Assembly (NCBI GenBank): GCA_963841915.1
Contig: CAWJEN010000001.1
Coordinates: 47,648 to 111,647, forward strand
Direction: 5' to 3'
DNA length: 64,000 nucleotides
Origin: an uncultured Planctomycetota bacterium
Lineage (GTDB): Bacteria > Planctomycetota > Phycisphaerae > Tepidisphaerales > Tepidisphaeraceae
Position 1 is the first letter of the stretch. Each line of letters opens with the position of its first letter. Shown here in pieces: positions 49,259 through 59,900 of the stretch. A program made the translations under genes and the position numbers. The notes below the pieces were generated by a model. That model was given only the letters and a program-made list of their open reading frames with translations. It searched no databases and was not told the DNA's origin.

Positions 49259-50661
49259 ACCCGATCGCAGCCCTGCTGATCATCACGACCTTCGGGCTGA
49301 GCCTGACCATCAGCCTGCGTCGTGGGTTTGGGGCGACGTTTGCCTACGTCTTGCTGCCGTCGGTGCTTCTGCTGTACACGGTCGAGCCGATCGAGATTCA
49401 GAAGCTGCCCGACGTCACCATGGTGGGCGCGGTGAGCTACGGCGCGCTGCTGGCGCTGGCGATCACGGGCTTCAAGCTTCCGATCCGGTTTGGTGTCATA
49501 GACGCGGCTGTCCTTGCCTTGTCGCTCTGGCGGATTTCGTCGGGTGTAGCCAATGGCAGCCTGTGGACAGGGGTGAGCACCGTCGGAAGCGAAACGCTCA
49601 ACGTGCTCGTGCCTTACCTGCTGGCCAGAGCTGCCTTTGTCGACCCGTTCTGGCGGCTTCGCGCGGCGCAGGTGATCGCCGGCATTGCAATCTGCATGAC
49701 GCCGATCCTGATGATCGAGACGCGTCTGACACCGCTGTTCTACAACCGATATGTCCTCGACCCGCTCGGACTCACCAGCGTCAACTGGACACTCGTGCAG
49801 GGGCGTTTCGGGCTGTTCCGCGCACAAGGCGCGTTCTGTCACCCGATCGATCTCGGCAACGGTGCCGTCGTGATGGTCGCGATGCTCATCGCCTTGGGAG
49901 GCAGTGCGGGCGCGCGACTTTCGGACAAGTGGTTCGCCCTCGGCATCGCTGGTGGCGTGTTCATGTCACTGGCGAGCATGAGCTTCACGAGCTTCATCGC
50001 GCTCGGAGCGGTCGCCGGCCTCTTCATCGTCATGCGGGTCTCCCGCTTTTACTCGTTCCTGCTCGTGCCCATCGGCCTGCTCGGCCTGGCCGGCTACTCG
50101 GCTGCAACGTACCACTTCGTCACCAACGAACCCGTCGAGCCGACTTGGAACTACGACGAGACGGCCGATGAAACATCCGGCAGTCTCTACACGCGTCACC
50201 TCATCGTTTACTCGACGTTCGACGGGCCACGCGGAGCGCCGCACGCGGGTCTTCTTGGCTACGGCGAGGACGGCTTCGACCCCAAAACCTTCGGCCTGCT
50301 CAGCATCGACAACAGCTACATCGTCTTCGTCCTCGAGAACGGCTGGGGCTATCTCACCCTCTTCATCCTGATGGCGCTCGTCTTAGGCTTGAGGTCGACT
50401 GGCGCTCTGCTGAAGCTGCGCGACGGCACAAGCCGTGCCCCCATGGCAGCCGGTGCCGCTGGCGTCATCGGAACGATGTTGGGCATGTACACAGTCTTCT
50501 TCGGGTTCGTGTACGCGACGCTCTTCTGGCTCCTGATCGGCATTGTCGCCTCGATGCTCCGCGAGGTCGACGAGCGGACGGGTCGTTCCAAGCCGACGGT
50601 GCAGCTGGATGCAGGACGAAAAGCGTCCATTGACAAGACAGGCCGCGGCGCGTTTGCCTGA
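49255..50661 (+). CDS. O-antigen ligase/Wzy-like polytopic membrane protein
   Basis: About 12 hydrophobic segments; RAQGAFCHPI, SIDNSY. Confidence 0.78.
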   Translation: MNPIAALLIITTFGLSLTISLRRGFGATFAYVLLPSVLLLYTVEPIEIQKLPDVTMVGAVSYGALLALAITGFKLPIRFGVIDAAVLALSLWRISSGVANGSLWTGVSTVGSETLNVLVPYLLARAAFVDPFWRLRAAQVIAGIAICMTPILMIETRLTPLFYNRYVLDPLGLTSVNWTLVQGRFGLFRAQGAFCHPIDLGNGAVVMVAMLIALGGSAGARLSDKWFALGIAGGVFMSLASMSFTSFIALGAVAGLFIVMRVSRFYSFLLVPIGLLGLAGYSAATYHFVTNEPVEPTWNYDETADETSGSLYTRHLIVYSTFDGPRGAPHAGLLGYGEDGFDPKTFGLLSIDNSYIVFVLENGWGYLTLFILMALVLGLRSTGALLKLRDGTSRAPMAAGAAGVIGTMLGMYTVFFGFVYATLFWLLIGIVASMLREVDERTGRSKPTVQLDAGRKASIDKTGRGAFA

Positions 50662-50734
50662 AGCATTGCCTGGACGGGGTAAGTCGCCTTAGCCTGATCC
50701 GCTGCCGCGGTGAAGCTCGGCGGCGACTTGGACG

Positions 50735-52216
50735 ATGAAACGCATGGAGCCGTTGCTTCGCGCCGCCATGACCGCCTTTTCCACGACCGCCGCCTTGACC
50801 GACACCGACGAGAGCAAGCAGCTGATTGAGGACGGTCGCGCCCGCATCGTACCAACGGTGGTGTGGGTGCTGGTCGTGTCGGCCGTTGCCCTTCGCTTTG
50901 CCGCCCTGCTCGTCGCCGCCGATCCGGCCAATCCGGGTGCGATGGAGCACCACGCGCTGGCCGTAAGCCTGCTCGCCGGTGACGGATTCAGCTTCAACGA
51001 GTCAGCCGGTTACACGCAGCACGGCCGGTACGAACCCTCCAGCGTCCAGTCGCCACCCTATCCGCTCCTGCTGGCGGGGCTTTACGCCTTGTTCGGCACT
51101 GGTTCAACAGGCGCGTATGGGGCGGCGGTGCTGATCAACGTCTTTGCCGCTGCAGTGACCGTGCCGATCCTGTATCTCCTGGTCAGACGGCTGGCACTGA
51201 CGGACGACAGGCCACGGCGCGCCCACGTCGCCGGCGTCATCGCCAGTGGCCTGTTCGCCATCTGGCCCACGCAGGTCTACGCCGTCACGCAGCAACAGGC
51301 CGTCGTAATCATCACGCTCTGTTTCGTCACCGTCGCATGGCTGTGGCTCGTCAGCTTCGACACCGGCCGCTTGCTGCCGTGGATCGGGTACGGCGTCATC
51401 GGCTGCTTCGCAGCGTTGACCGAACCCGTGTTGCTACCGGCCATGGCTCTCTCAGGCGTGTGGGTGCTCGCCACTCGGCAGTTGCCGCTCGGGCTCAAAC
51501 TGCGTAACGCCATCGTGCTACTGGCCTGCGCGTTCGTGATCATCGGCCCGTGGACGTGGCGCAACTACAGCGTGCACGGCACGTTCATGCCCATCAAGAG
51601 CACGTTCTGGGTCAACGTCTGGAAGGGCAACAACGCGACTGATCCGGGGCACAGCGGCACCGATCGGCCGACACTGACGGCAGAGCGGCTCGAGGAGTTC
51701 CGGGCCACAGGTCGGGACGAGCTTCGCCAGTACGACCTGCTCACTGATCGGCAACGCGTCGAACTCGACGGCAAGTCTCCCGCCGCCCGCGAGGCCGTCT
51801 TCGGCAGGCTGACCCGCGACTGGATCTCGAACAACCCGTTGGGCTACGCCAAGAACTCGCTCAAGCGATTCGCCAAGACCGCCTGGTGGGACTGGGACCA
51901 TCCGCAGGGGCATCAAGGCTTCTACGTCTACCCGGTCAGCCGGGCAGTCCTGCTCGTCGGTTCGCTGATCGGGCTGTTCCTGGCCCTTAAGAGCGGCTGG
52001 CGGCTGCGACAGGTCGGGTTGATCGTCGTGACGGCCCTGCTGACGTACACGCTCACCGTCACGGCCGCCCGGTTCGGGATGCCGATGGAGCCGTTCCAGT
52101 TCGCCTTGTGCGGCCTCGGCATCGCAACGCTGATTGCCGGACGGACGTCGATCGAGGAACGGGCACCAGCCTTGCTCAATTACCTGGGTGGTCGCCGCTT
52201 CAACGACGGGAAGTAA
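50735..52216 (+). CDS. GT-C-type (ArnT/GT39-like) membrane glycosyltransferase
   Basis: PPYPLLLAG, PWTWRNY, GNN; multiple TM helices. Confidence 0.75.
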   Translation: MKRMEPLLRAAMTAFSTTAALTDTDESKQLIEDGRARIVPTVVWVLVVSAVALRFAALLVAADPANPGAMEHHALAVSLLAGDGFSFNESAGYTQHGRYEPSSVQSPPYPLLLAGLYALFGTGSTGAYGAAVLINVFAAAVTVPILYLLVRRLALTDDRPRRAHVAGVIASGLFAIWPTQVYAVTQQQAVVIITLCFVTVAWLWLVSFDTGRLLPWIGYGVIGCFAALTEPVLLPAMALSGVWVLATRQLPLGLKLRNAIVLLACAFVIIGPWTWRNYSVHGTFMPIKSTFWVNVWKGNNATDPGHSGTDRPTLTAERLEEFRATGRDELRQYDLLTDRQRVELDGKSPAAREAVFGRLTRDWISNNPLGYAKNSLKRFAKTAWWDWDHPQGHQGFYVYPVSRAVLLVGSLIGLFLALKSGWRLRQVGLIVVTALLTYTLTVTAARFGMPMEPFQFALCGLGIATLIAGRTSIEERAPALLNYLGGRRFNDGK

Positions 52217-52224
52217 GGCTTGCC

Positions 52225-53214
52225 ATGACGCACGTCGCTGTCGCCATCATCAACTACAAAACCGGCGGCCTCGTCGTCGACTGCCTGCGCTCGCTCCAGG
52301 ATGAGGTCAAGGCCTGCGAAGCCGCTTATGCCGATCGCGGTCGCGTGCAGGTGGTTGTCGTCGACAACGCCAGCGGCGATGACTCTCCAGAGACGATCGA
52401 GCAAGCAATCGACGACAATGGCTGGTCGACATGGGCTACCCTCCGCCGCCTGCCCAGGAACGGCGGCTTCTCCTACGGCAATAACGAGGCGATCCGGCCG
52501 TTCATCGACGGTGACAACCGAGCTCCGTATCTGTGGCTGCTCAACCCTGACACAGTCGTTCACCCCGGAGCCTTGTTGAAGCTGATCGAGTTCCTGGATA
52601 AGACGCCCAAGGCCGGCATCGCCGGCAGCAGGCTTGAGGATCCGGACGGCACGCCGCAGCGGTCGAGGTTTCGCTTTCCCGGCGTGCTGAGCGAACTCGA
52701 GGGCAGCGTTCGCATCGGCCCGATGACCAGATTGCTGTCGCCTTGGGCCGTCGCGCCGCCCATTGCAGAAGGTGACACGCCGCAGCCGGCACAATGGATG
52801 GCTGGTGCAAGCCTTCTTGTTCGCCGTGAGGTGTTTGAACAAGCCGGCTACATGGACGAGTCGTACTTCATGTACTTTGAAGAGGTCGCGTTCTGCCGCG
52901 AGGCGATGCGGCACGGCTTCGAGCGGTGGTACGTGCCTCAGAGTCGCGTCATCCACCTCGTCGGTCAAGCCAGCGGCATCAGTTCGAGCCAGACGAAACG
53001 CAAGCCGGCCTATTGGTTCGACAGCCGCCGCCGATACTTTCTAACGCAGACCGGCCGACTACGGGCGACGCTTGCCGACGCGGCGTGGCTCACCGGATTC
53101 TCGGCCTGGCGGCTTCGTCGCCGTGTGCAGCGCAAGCCCGACCTCGACCCCAAGCACTTGCTTCTGGACGGTGCCCGGAACAGCGTCTTTCGCCGCGGAT
53201 GGAGGCTCACGTGA
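52225..53214 (+). CDS. Glycosyltransferase family 2
   Basis: VVVDNASGD, NGGFSYGNN, LLNPD, YFMYFEE. Confidence 0.92.
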   Translation: MTHVAVAIINYKTGGLVVDCLRSLQDEVKACEAAYADRGRVQVVVVDNASGDDSPETIEQAIDDNGWSTWATLRRLPRNGGFSYGNNEAIRPFIDGDNRAPYLWLLNPDTVVHPGALLKLIEFLDKTPKAGIAGSRLEDPDGTPQRSRFRFPGVLSELEGSVRIGPMTRLLSPWAVAPPIAEGDTPQPAQWMAGASLLVRREVFEQAGYMDESYFMYFEEVAFCREAMRHGFERWYVPQSRVIHLVGQASGISSSQTKRKPAYWFDSRRRYFLTQTGRLRATLADAAWLTGFSAWRLRRRVQRKPDLDPKHLLLDGARNSVFRRGWRLT

Positions 53215-53747
53215 GCGAGTACGACCCAACCACGTTCGCCGGCATGCGGCAACTTCAACGCGAGGATCTCGCCAGCCACGACAACGACCCGACGCGGCCG
53301 GGCTACAAAGCATTGAAAGCCTACCGCTTCGGCGTGTGGCGGATGAACGTGCCGCAACCTTTTCGCGCGCCTTTGAGCCTCTGGTACCGCCGCCAGTACC
53401 GTCACTGCCGCGACGTGTACGGCATCGAACTGCCCTACTCGGCCACCGTCGGACGCCGCCTCACCATCGAGCATCAGCACGGCATTGTGGTCCACGGCGG
53501 TTGCACCATCGGTGACGACTGCACCATTCGCCAAGGCGTCACGCTCGGTAACAAGTCCATGGACAAGCCTTTCGACGCTCCAACGCTCCGTAACGGCGTC
53601 AACGTCGGAGCCGGGGCCAAGGTGCTCGGCAAGGTCACCCTCGGCGACAACTGCCAGGTTGGTGCAAACGCCGTCGTCATTAAAGACGTGCCCGCCGGTG
53701 CGACGGCCGTCGGAATCCCGGCCAAGCTGCTCGGGGTGCCGACATGA
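53211..53747 (+). CDS. Serine-acetyltransferase-like hexapeptide O-acetyltransferase
   Basis: IEHQHGIVVHG, IRQGVTLG, VGAGAKVLG, VGANAVV. Confidence 0.88.
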   Translation: MSEYDPTTFAGMRQLQREDLASHDNDPTRPGYKALKAYRFGVWRMNVPQPFRAPLSLWYRRQYRHCRDVYGIELPYSATVGRRLTIEHQHGIVVHGGCTIGDDCTIRQGVTLGNKSMDKPFDAPTLRNGVNVGAGAKVLGKVTLGDNCQVGANAVVIKDVPAGATAVGIPAKLLGVPT

Positions 53748-54802
53748 GCGGCCTGTCCGCCGTCGGCATCGTCGCCATCGGGCGCAACGAGGGTGAGCGT
53801 GCAAAGACATGTCTAAAAGCCGCCGTCGCCCTGCTCGGCGACGCGATGCGGGTCGTCTACGTCGACTCAGGCAGCACCGACGGCTCGCCCGACTTTGCCC
53901 GCTCACTCGGCGTGCTTGTCGTCGACCTCGACCTGAGCAAGCCTTTCACCGCCGCCCGAGCCCGAAATGCTGGATTGGCGCAAGTACCAGCCGATGTGCC
54001 GTTCGTGCAGTTCCTCGACGCCGATTGTCAGCTCGTCGACGGCTGGCTCGGGACGGCCGTTACCGCGCTGCAAGGCGACGACAAGCTAGCGGGCGTGGCC
54101 GGTCGCAGGCGTGAACGGCACCCGGACGCGACCGTCTACAACAAGCTCTGCGACATGGAATGGGACACGCCCATCGGTCAAGCCGCGGCTGTCGGTGGCG
54201 ATGCCATGTTTCGTCGAGCAGCGCTTGATCAGGTCGATGCCTACGACCCAACCATGATTGCCGGCGAGGAGCCGGAGATGTGTCTGCGTATGCGGAAGCA
54301 CGGCTGGACGCTGCGTCGGCTCGACGCCGAAATGACGCTCCACGACGCGGCAATGACGTCGTCGAAGCAGTGGTGGAGTCGAAACAAGCGTGCCGGCCAC
54401 GCGTACGCCGAAACGCTCGACCGCCACCCGCCGACGGGCATGCGTGAGGTGCGGAGCAACTACCTGCTCGGCTTCCTGCTACCGACAAAGGCTGCTGCGA
54501 CCGGCTTGGCGTCGTTGGCGATGCTGATCACCGCTGCCGTCGGTGACGGAGCCGCTCGACTCGCCTTCGCGACCGGAGCAGCCTTCCTGATCCTCGTGCC
54601 GTTCGTGATTGGGCTCGCGTACCTGCACCTGTTCCGTCGCATCCGTGCGTACCGGCTGAGCCGCGGCGACTCACACGCTGACGCGTCCACCTACAGCAAG
54701 TACGTCCTGCTCGGCAAGCTTCCACAAGCCGCGGGACAGTTCAAGTACCGCTGGAACAAGTTCCGCGGAAAGCGGTCGGGGCTCATCGAGTACAAGGGCT
54801 GA
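53744..54802 (+). CDS. Glycosyltransferase family 2
   Basis: IGRNEGER, YVDSGSTDGS, FTAARARNAG, FLDAD, IAGEEPE. Confidence 0.92.
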   Translation: MSGLSAVGIVAIGRNEGERAKTCLKAAVALLGDAMRVVYVDSGSTDGSPDFARSLGVLVVDLDLSKPFTAARARNAGLAQVPADVPFVQFLDADCQLVDGWLGTAVTALQGDDKLAGVAGRRRERHPDATVYNKLCDMEWDTPIGQAAAVGGDAMFRRAALDQVDAYDPTMIAGEEPEMCLRMRKHGWTLRRLDAEMTLHDAAMTSSKQWWSRNKRAGHAYAETLDRHPPTGMREVRSNYLLGFLLPTKAAATGLASLAMLITAAVGDGAARLAFATGAAFLILVPFVIGLAYLHLFRRIRAYRLSRGDSHADASTYSKYVLLGKLPQAAGQFKYRWNKFRGKRSGLIEYKG

Positions 54803-54815
54803 ACCCATTATGCAG

Positions 54816-54843
54816 CGAGCCGCGTCACGAATGACGCGGCTCG
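54816..54843. terminator. Hairpin between convergent genes
   Basis: cgagccgcgtca-cgaa-tgacgcggctcg. Confidence 0.55.
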
Positions 54844-54866
54844 AGGTGCTTTGTCGACATGACAGC

Positions 54867-55676
54867 CTACTGGCCGATTTCCACCCGCAGGAAGCCGACG
54901 AGGTTACCGCCGGCCTTTTTCACGTAGTCACCGACGGTGCCCTTGAACTTGTCGGCGTTGATGAAGTCCTGCTCGACGAGCACGCGCTCGCGGTAGAAGG
55001 CGTTCATCTTGCCGCTGGCGATCTTCTCGGCGATCTCCTGCGGCTTGCCGCTGGCTTTGGCCTGTTCGACAGCAAGTGCCTTTTCCTTCTCGACGAGCTC
55101 GGCGGAGACGTCTTCACGGTTGAGGCCGTCGGGCGTCGGTTTGAAGGCGGCCAGGTGCAGGCCGATATCCGTCAGCACCTCGTCGGCCACGTCGGCCGAG
55201 TCGACGGCAACGAGGGCCGTCACTTTATTCGTAACGGTGTAATTGAAGCGGCCGACCTTGGCCCCTTCAAGGACGAGCGTCCGACCAAGCTGGACGTTCT
55301 CGCCCGTCTGCTGGCTGACGTCGACGAGCTTCTGCTTGATGTTGCCATCTTCGCTCGGCTTGGCGGCGGCGTCTTCGAGGAGCAGGTTGGCGGCAAGGTC
55401 GAGCACCTCGCCGACGATCTCGTTACGCGCGGTGAAGTCGGTGTTGCACAGCACCTCGACAATCGCGCCGCGCGTCTTGTCGCCGTTGAGGTAGGCGTTG
55501 ACGCGACCCTCGCCGGCTTCACGCTCGGCAACCTTGGTCTTGACGCCTTCCTTGCGGAACGCCTCGATGGCGGCTTCGACGTCGCCGTTCGTCTCTTCGA
55601 GCTTCTTCTTGCACTGCATCATCGCGAGGCCGGTGCGCTTGCGGAGTTCATTAACCTGTGCTGCGGTGATAGCCAT
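54867..55676 (-). CDS. tsf: Translation elongation factor Ts
   Basis: MAITAAQVNELRKRTGLAMMQCKKKL, CNTDF, GENV; directly downstream of rpsB. Confidence 0.95.
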   Translation of the reverse strand: MAITAAQVNELRKRTGLAMMQCKKKLEETNGDVEAAIEAFRKEGVKTKVAEREAGEGRVNAYLNGDKTRGAIVEVLCNTDFTARNEIVGEVLDLAANLLLEDAAAKPSEDGNIKQKLVDVSQQTGENVQLGRTLVLEGAKVGRFNYTVTNKVTALVAVDSADVADEVLTDIGLHLAAFKPTPDGLNREDVSAELVEKEKALAVEQAKASGKPQEIAEKIASGKMNAFYRERVLVEQDFINADKFKGTVGDYVKKAGGNLVGFLRVEIGQ

Positions 55677-55800
55677 GGTGGCGTGGGTGAGTGTCGCTTG
55701 TTCGCTGAAAATGGTGGGGTGCGGGTGAGGAGTCCACCACCCGCACCTGAACAGGTGCGGGCGGAGACAAAGCTCACCCAGGTAAAGAAGAACGCTGCAG

Positions 55801-56780
55801 TCAGACCGACAGGGTTTCGCCGGCGGGCTTGGCACCCTCGGGCTCGCGGGCCGGCGCAGGCGTCTCGGCTGTCACGGCACCTTCGATGGTGACACGACGG
55901 CCTGGCTCTGCTCGGTCCGTTGCCGCAGCTACGCTTCGCAACTTGTCCTGGTCGTCGGCCTTGAAGCGGGCGCGGGCACTGGTGCCCTTCTTCCGCTCGC
56001 TCGAACCGCCCTTGTCCACATTGGCCGGACGGCCCTTGCGGCCTTCGATAATCGAATCGGCCAATTCTTTGACGATGACCTCAATGGCCTTCATCGCGTC
56101 GTCGTTACCGGGAATCGGCAGGTCGACGAGGTCCGGGTCGCTGTCGGTGTCGATGAGGGCGATCGTCGTCAGGCCGAGCTTCTGGGCTTCCTGGACGGCA
56201 ATCTTCTCACGACGCGTGTCGATGAGGAACATGATCGCCGGCATCTTCTCCATGCCGCGGATGCCCTCGAGGTTGGTCTTGATCTTCGTCCGCTCACGGC
56301 TGAGCGTCGACTTCATCTTCTTCGAGTAGGTCTCGATCTCGCCGCTCTCCCAAAGGGCGTCAAGTTCATCGAGCCGGCTGAGGCGGGCGCGAATGGTGCG
56401 GAAATTGGTCAGCGTGCCGCCGAGCCAACGCTCGCTGACGTGGTGCATGCCACACCGCTCGACATGCTCGGCGATGATGTCGCGTGCCTGCCGCTTGGTG
56501 CCGACGAAGAGCACCTCTTTGCCTTGGGCGGCGGCGTTCTGGACGAGGCGCTCGCGCGGATGAGGCCCTTGAGCGTTTCCTTGACGTCGATGATGTGGAT
56601 GTTGCCACGCTTGCCGTGGATGTACGGCTTCATCTTCGGGTTCCAGCGGCTGGCTGGGTGACCGAAGTGGATGCCGGCGTCGATGAGCTTCTTGATGAGC
56701 TCAGCAGGCGTCAGCGGCTTGGCGGGGGCGTCGACGTCAGTTGTTTCAGTCGTCGGCTCGGCAGTCGTTGTGTCAGACAT
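55801..56780 (-). CDS. rpsB: 30S ribosomal protein S2 (1-nt frameshift near 56552, probably an assembly error)
   Basis: AGIHFGH...WNPKM, HIID in one frame; [25 protein letters not shown] in the next. Confidence 0.93.
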
Positions 56781-56944
56781 GGGGATTCCTTTGCAAGCGG
56801 GACCTGTACCCGCCAGCCCGTCATCAGCCGTCACCAGCGGCCGACGCATGGGGCTTACGCGTCGTGTGAAAGAGAAACGCCCGGCCGTGGTGAACGGCCG
56901 GGCGAGCAGTGTAGGCAGGGGCGGGCGCAAAAGAGCGGCCACTC

Positions 56945-59900
56945 TCACTGCCCTAGTAGCACAAACCCGTACAACTCGGGCTTGTATGAGGTGTACTGCA
57001 GAGAATTGAAGTAAACTACATCGGTCGGACCGAAGGAATTGACCGTGGTGAACAAAATTGTTCTTGCATCATCAGGAGCGCTAAAAGGCGTGGAGAAAGT
57101 CTCGATGTAAGAGTGCCAGTTGATTGGGGCACCGTCGCGACGGTAAAGCCTAATAATTGAACTCGCCGTCGACTGCTGAATCGAACGACGACCGTCAGGA
57201 TGCTCAACCACCAACATGTCGACGAGCGGGTGAATCTGAAGGTAGTAGTCGACGCCTTCGACCTCCAGATCAATTGACCGATGTGGGCCAAGAGGAACAT
57301 CGTCGAACGTGACCTCAACTGCCCCCTCAGGCCTGGCAAGTGCTGGAAGTTCGTCGCCTACCTGATATAGAACATTAGTGAGAGATATGCCATAAGGAGC
57401 ATTGTTGCTGAAGGTCATGATCATCGAGCTCAGACCTGTCCAATCAATTCTATTGACGCTATAGTCCGAACCCGCGCCGACTCCACCAACGCCTGCAGTC
57501 TTTTCCGAAGCACCTGCACTTCCGGTAGATCCATCTGCAAACACAGCATCTAGACCAACACTGCCAACAATTGGACCGTTGCTATATCGTCTTTCGACAG
57601 CACCTTCCACACTCACTGATCGCACAGAAAAAGGAGATCCATCAGCCGAGGTGATCTCGATGTCTCCGGAGAAATGCCCAGGAAGGCCGATCGACTTGAT
57701 ACGCTGGTAAGGGCGTCCATCATCGAAGGCATCCCAGGAGCCGTCAGTGACAAACTCGCTGTTCCCATTGATCACGCGAAAGCGAAGGCCATCGTGCACC
57801 AATTCCGAAAAGGAGCCAACGGGAGCATTGTCAAAGTTGACTGAAACCGGCACAGGCTCACCGACGGGTGTGTAACTGGCACTCTTGGCCACCCGGATTT
57901 CGTCCACCCGCACGCCGTCCTCGCGGACCCAGAGGTTCAGCGTCTGGACACCTGGTGTTGTGACGTTGACCGTCACGCGGCGGCCGAGGTTGCCACCGAA
58001 GCCGTCGCTGCCGTCGGCCCAGTAGTAATCACCGTCGACTTGGCGTGGGGCGATGCCGTAGTTACCGAAGCTCGCGGCCGTGCCGTTGAGGCCAACGTGG
58101 ACACTGTCGTCGCGGTTCGTGTCACCGGCCAAGCGGAGCCACACGTAATGCGTTCCGGTCTGGCTGAAGTTGATGCGGTAGTCGAGCCGCGAGCCCGCCG
58201 TCGTGTCGCCGGCGTTGAACCCGGTGCTTGGCACGGCCTGCACCGCCCGGCCGCCGACTGCGGTCGCGTCTGTAAAGTCGCTCCAGGCCGGCCCCTGACC
58301 CGTAGCCGCACCCGTCTCGTCGGCGGCTTCGATCGTCACCAGACCGTTGACCTGCTGGAACGCGGTCGGCATCGGCGGCGGTGGCGTCGAGGGGTTGTAC
58401 GTCGAGCTCTTGGCGACGCGAATCTCATCGACCCGCACGCCGTCTTCGCGAACCCAGAGGTTCAGCGTGTGAACGCCAGCGGATGGGACGTTGACCGTGA
58501 CGCGTCGGCCGAGGTTGCCGCCCAGGCCATCGCTGCCGTCGGCCCAGATGTAGGTCCCGTTGGCCTGATTCGGTGCGATGCCGTAGTTGCCGAAGCTGGC
58601 GGGCGTGCCGTCGAGTCCAACGTGGACGCTGTCGTCGCGATTCGTGTCACCGGCCAGGCGGACCCACACGTAGTGGATGCCTGTCTGGTTGAAGTTGATC
58701 GCGTAGTCGTGCCGGTCGCCGGTCGTGGTGTCGCCCGAATTGAAGCCACTGTTCGGCAGCGCCCTGACCGCCTTACCGCCAACGGCGGAGGCGTCGTTGA
58801 AGTCGCTCCACTGCGGCCCCTGGCTCGTGGCCGTACCGCCGGTCTCGTCGGCGGCTTCGATCGTCACCAGGCCGTTGACCTGCTGGAAGGTGTCCCCCTG
58901 TGGGGCATCAGCAATGGTCACAGTGGCGGACACCGACTGACTCTGAGCGAAGTCGTCATCGACCGCAAAGGCCCGGAAGGTCACGACGTCGCCCGGCTGC
59001 AGCACGTTCACCGTCATCGTCGGACCCTTGATGACGAGATCATCGAGGTCGACGGTCGTGCTGAAGCCGTTGGTGCCGTCAAAGTCCTCGGCCAGCACGA
59101 AGCCGACAACGCGGTCGCTCTCGACCACGGAGAAGACGACCGACCTGATGGTGCCGTCAGAATCGCTGACGTTGTTGGCGGTCAGGGTAACCGTGCCATC
59201 GGCGGCCACCGTGCTGCTGCTGACCGTCAGCGAACCCACCGTCGGCGGAACGTTCGGCACAATCGGCGTCGACGGGTCGTAGCTGGCACTCTTGGCGACG
59301 CGGATCTCGTCGACCCGCACGCCGTCCTCGCGGACCCACACGTTGAGCGTGTGGAGGCCTGGTGTCGTGACGTTCACCGTGACTCGGCGGCCCAGCTCGT
59401 TGGGCGCGTTGACCCACTGGTAATCTGGCCCGGCGTTAGGCGGCGGTGCCATACCGAATCCACCCAGCGTGGCCACATCGCCGTCGAGCCCGACGTGGAC
59501 GCTGTCATCGCGGAACCCATCGCCGGCCATGCGAAGCCAGACGTAGTGCGTGCCGGTCTGCGTGAAGTTGATCGCGTAGTCGAGACGGTCACCGGTGAGC
59601 GACTCGCCGCTGTTGAAGCCGGTATTGGGTAGGGCGCGGACAGCCCGGCCGTTGACGGCAGAGGCATCGTTGAAGTCGGCCCACTGCGGCCCTGCCGATG
59701 TCGCGGTGCCGCCTGTTTCGTCAGCCGCTTCGATCGTGACAAGGCCGTCGACCTGTTGGAACGCAGGAGCGTCGGGAACGTCTTCGGCGATGCTGATGTT
59801 GGCGAAGGTGGCCGAGGTGCCACTGATGCTGTCGGCGTCGTTGACGAACGACAGCCAGTTCATCTGGCCGGTGTAGAAGTCACCGACGCGGACCGTGTAA

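Noticed and set aside
56945..59761. Diversity-generating retroelement or CRISPR-like array
   Set aside because: The repeats are in-frame protein domains; no reverse transcriptase, template/variable pair or repeat-spacer periodicity.
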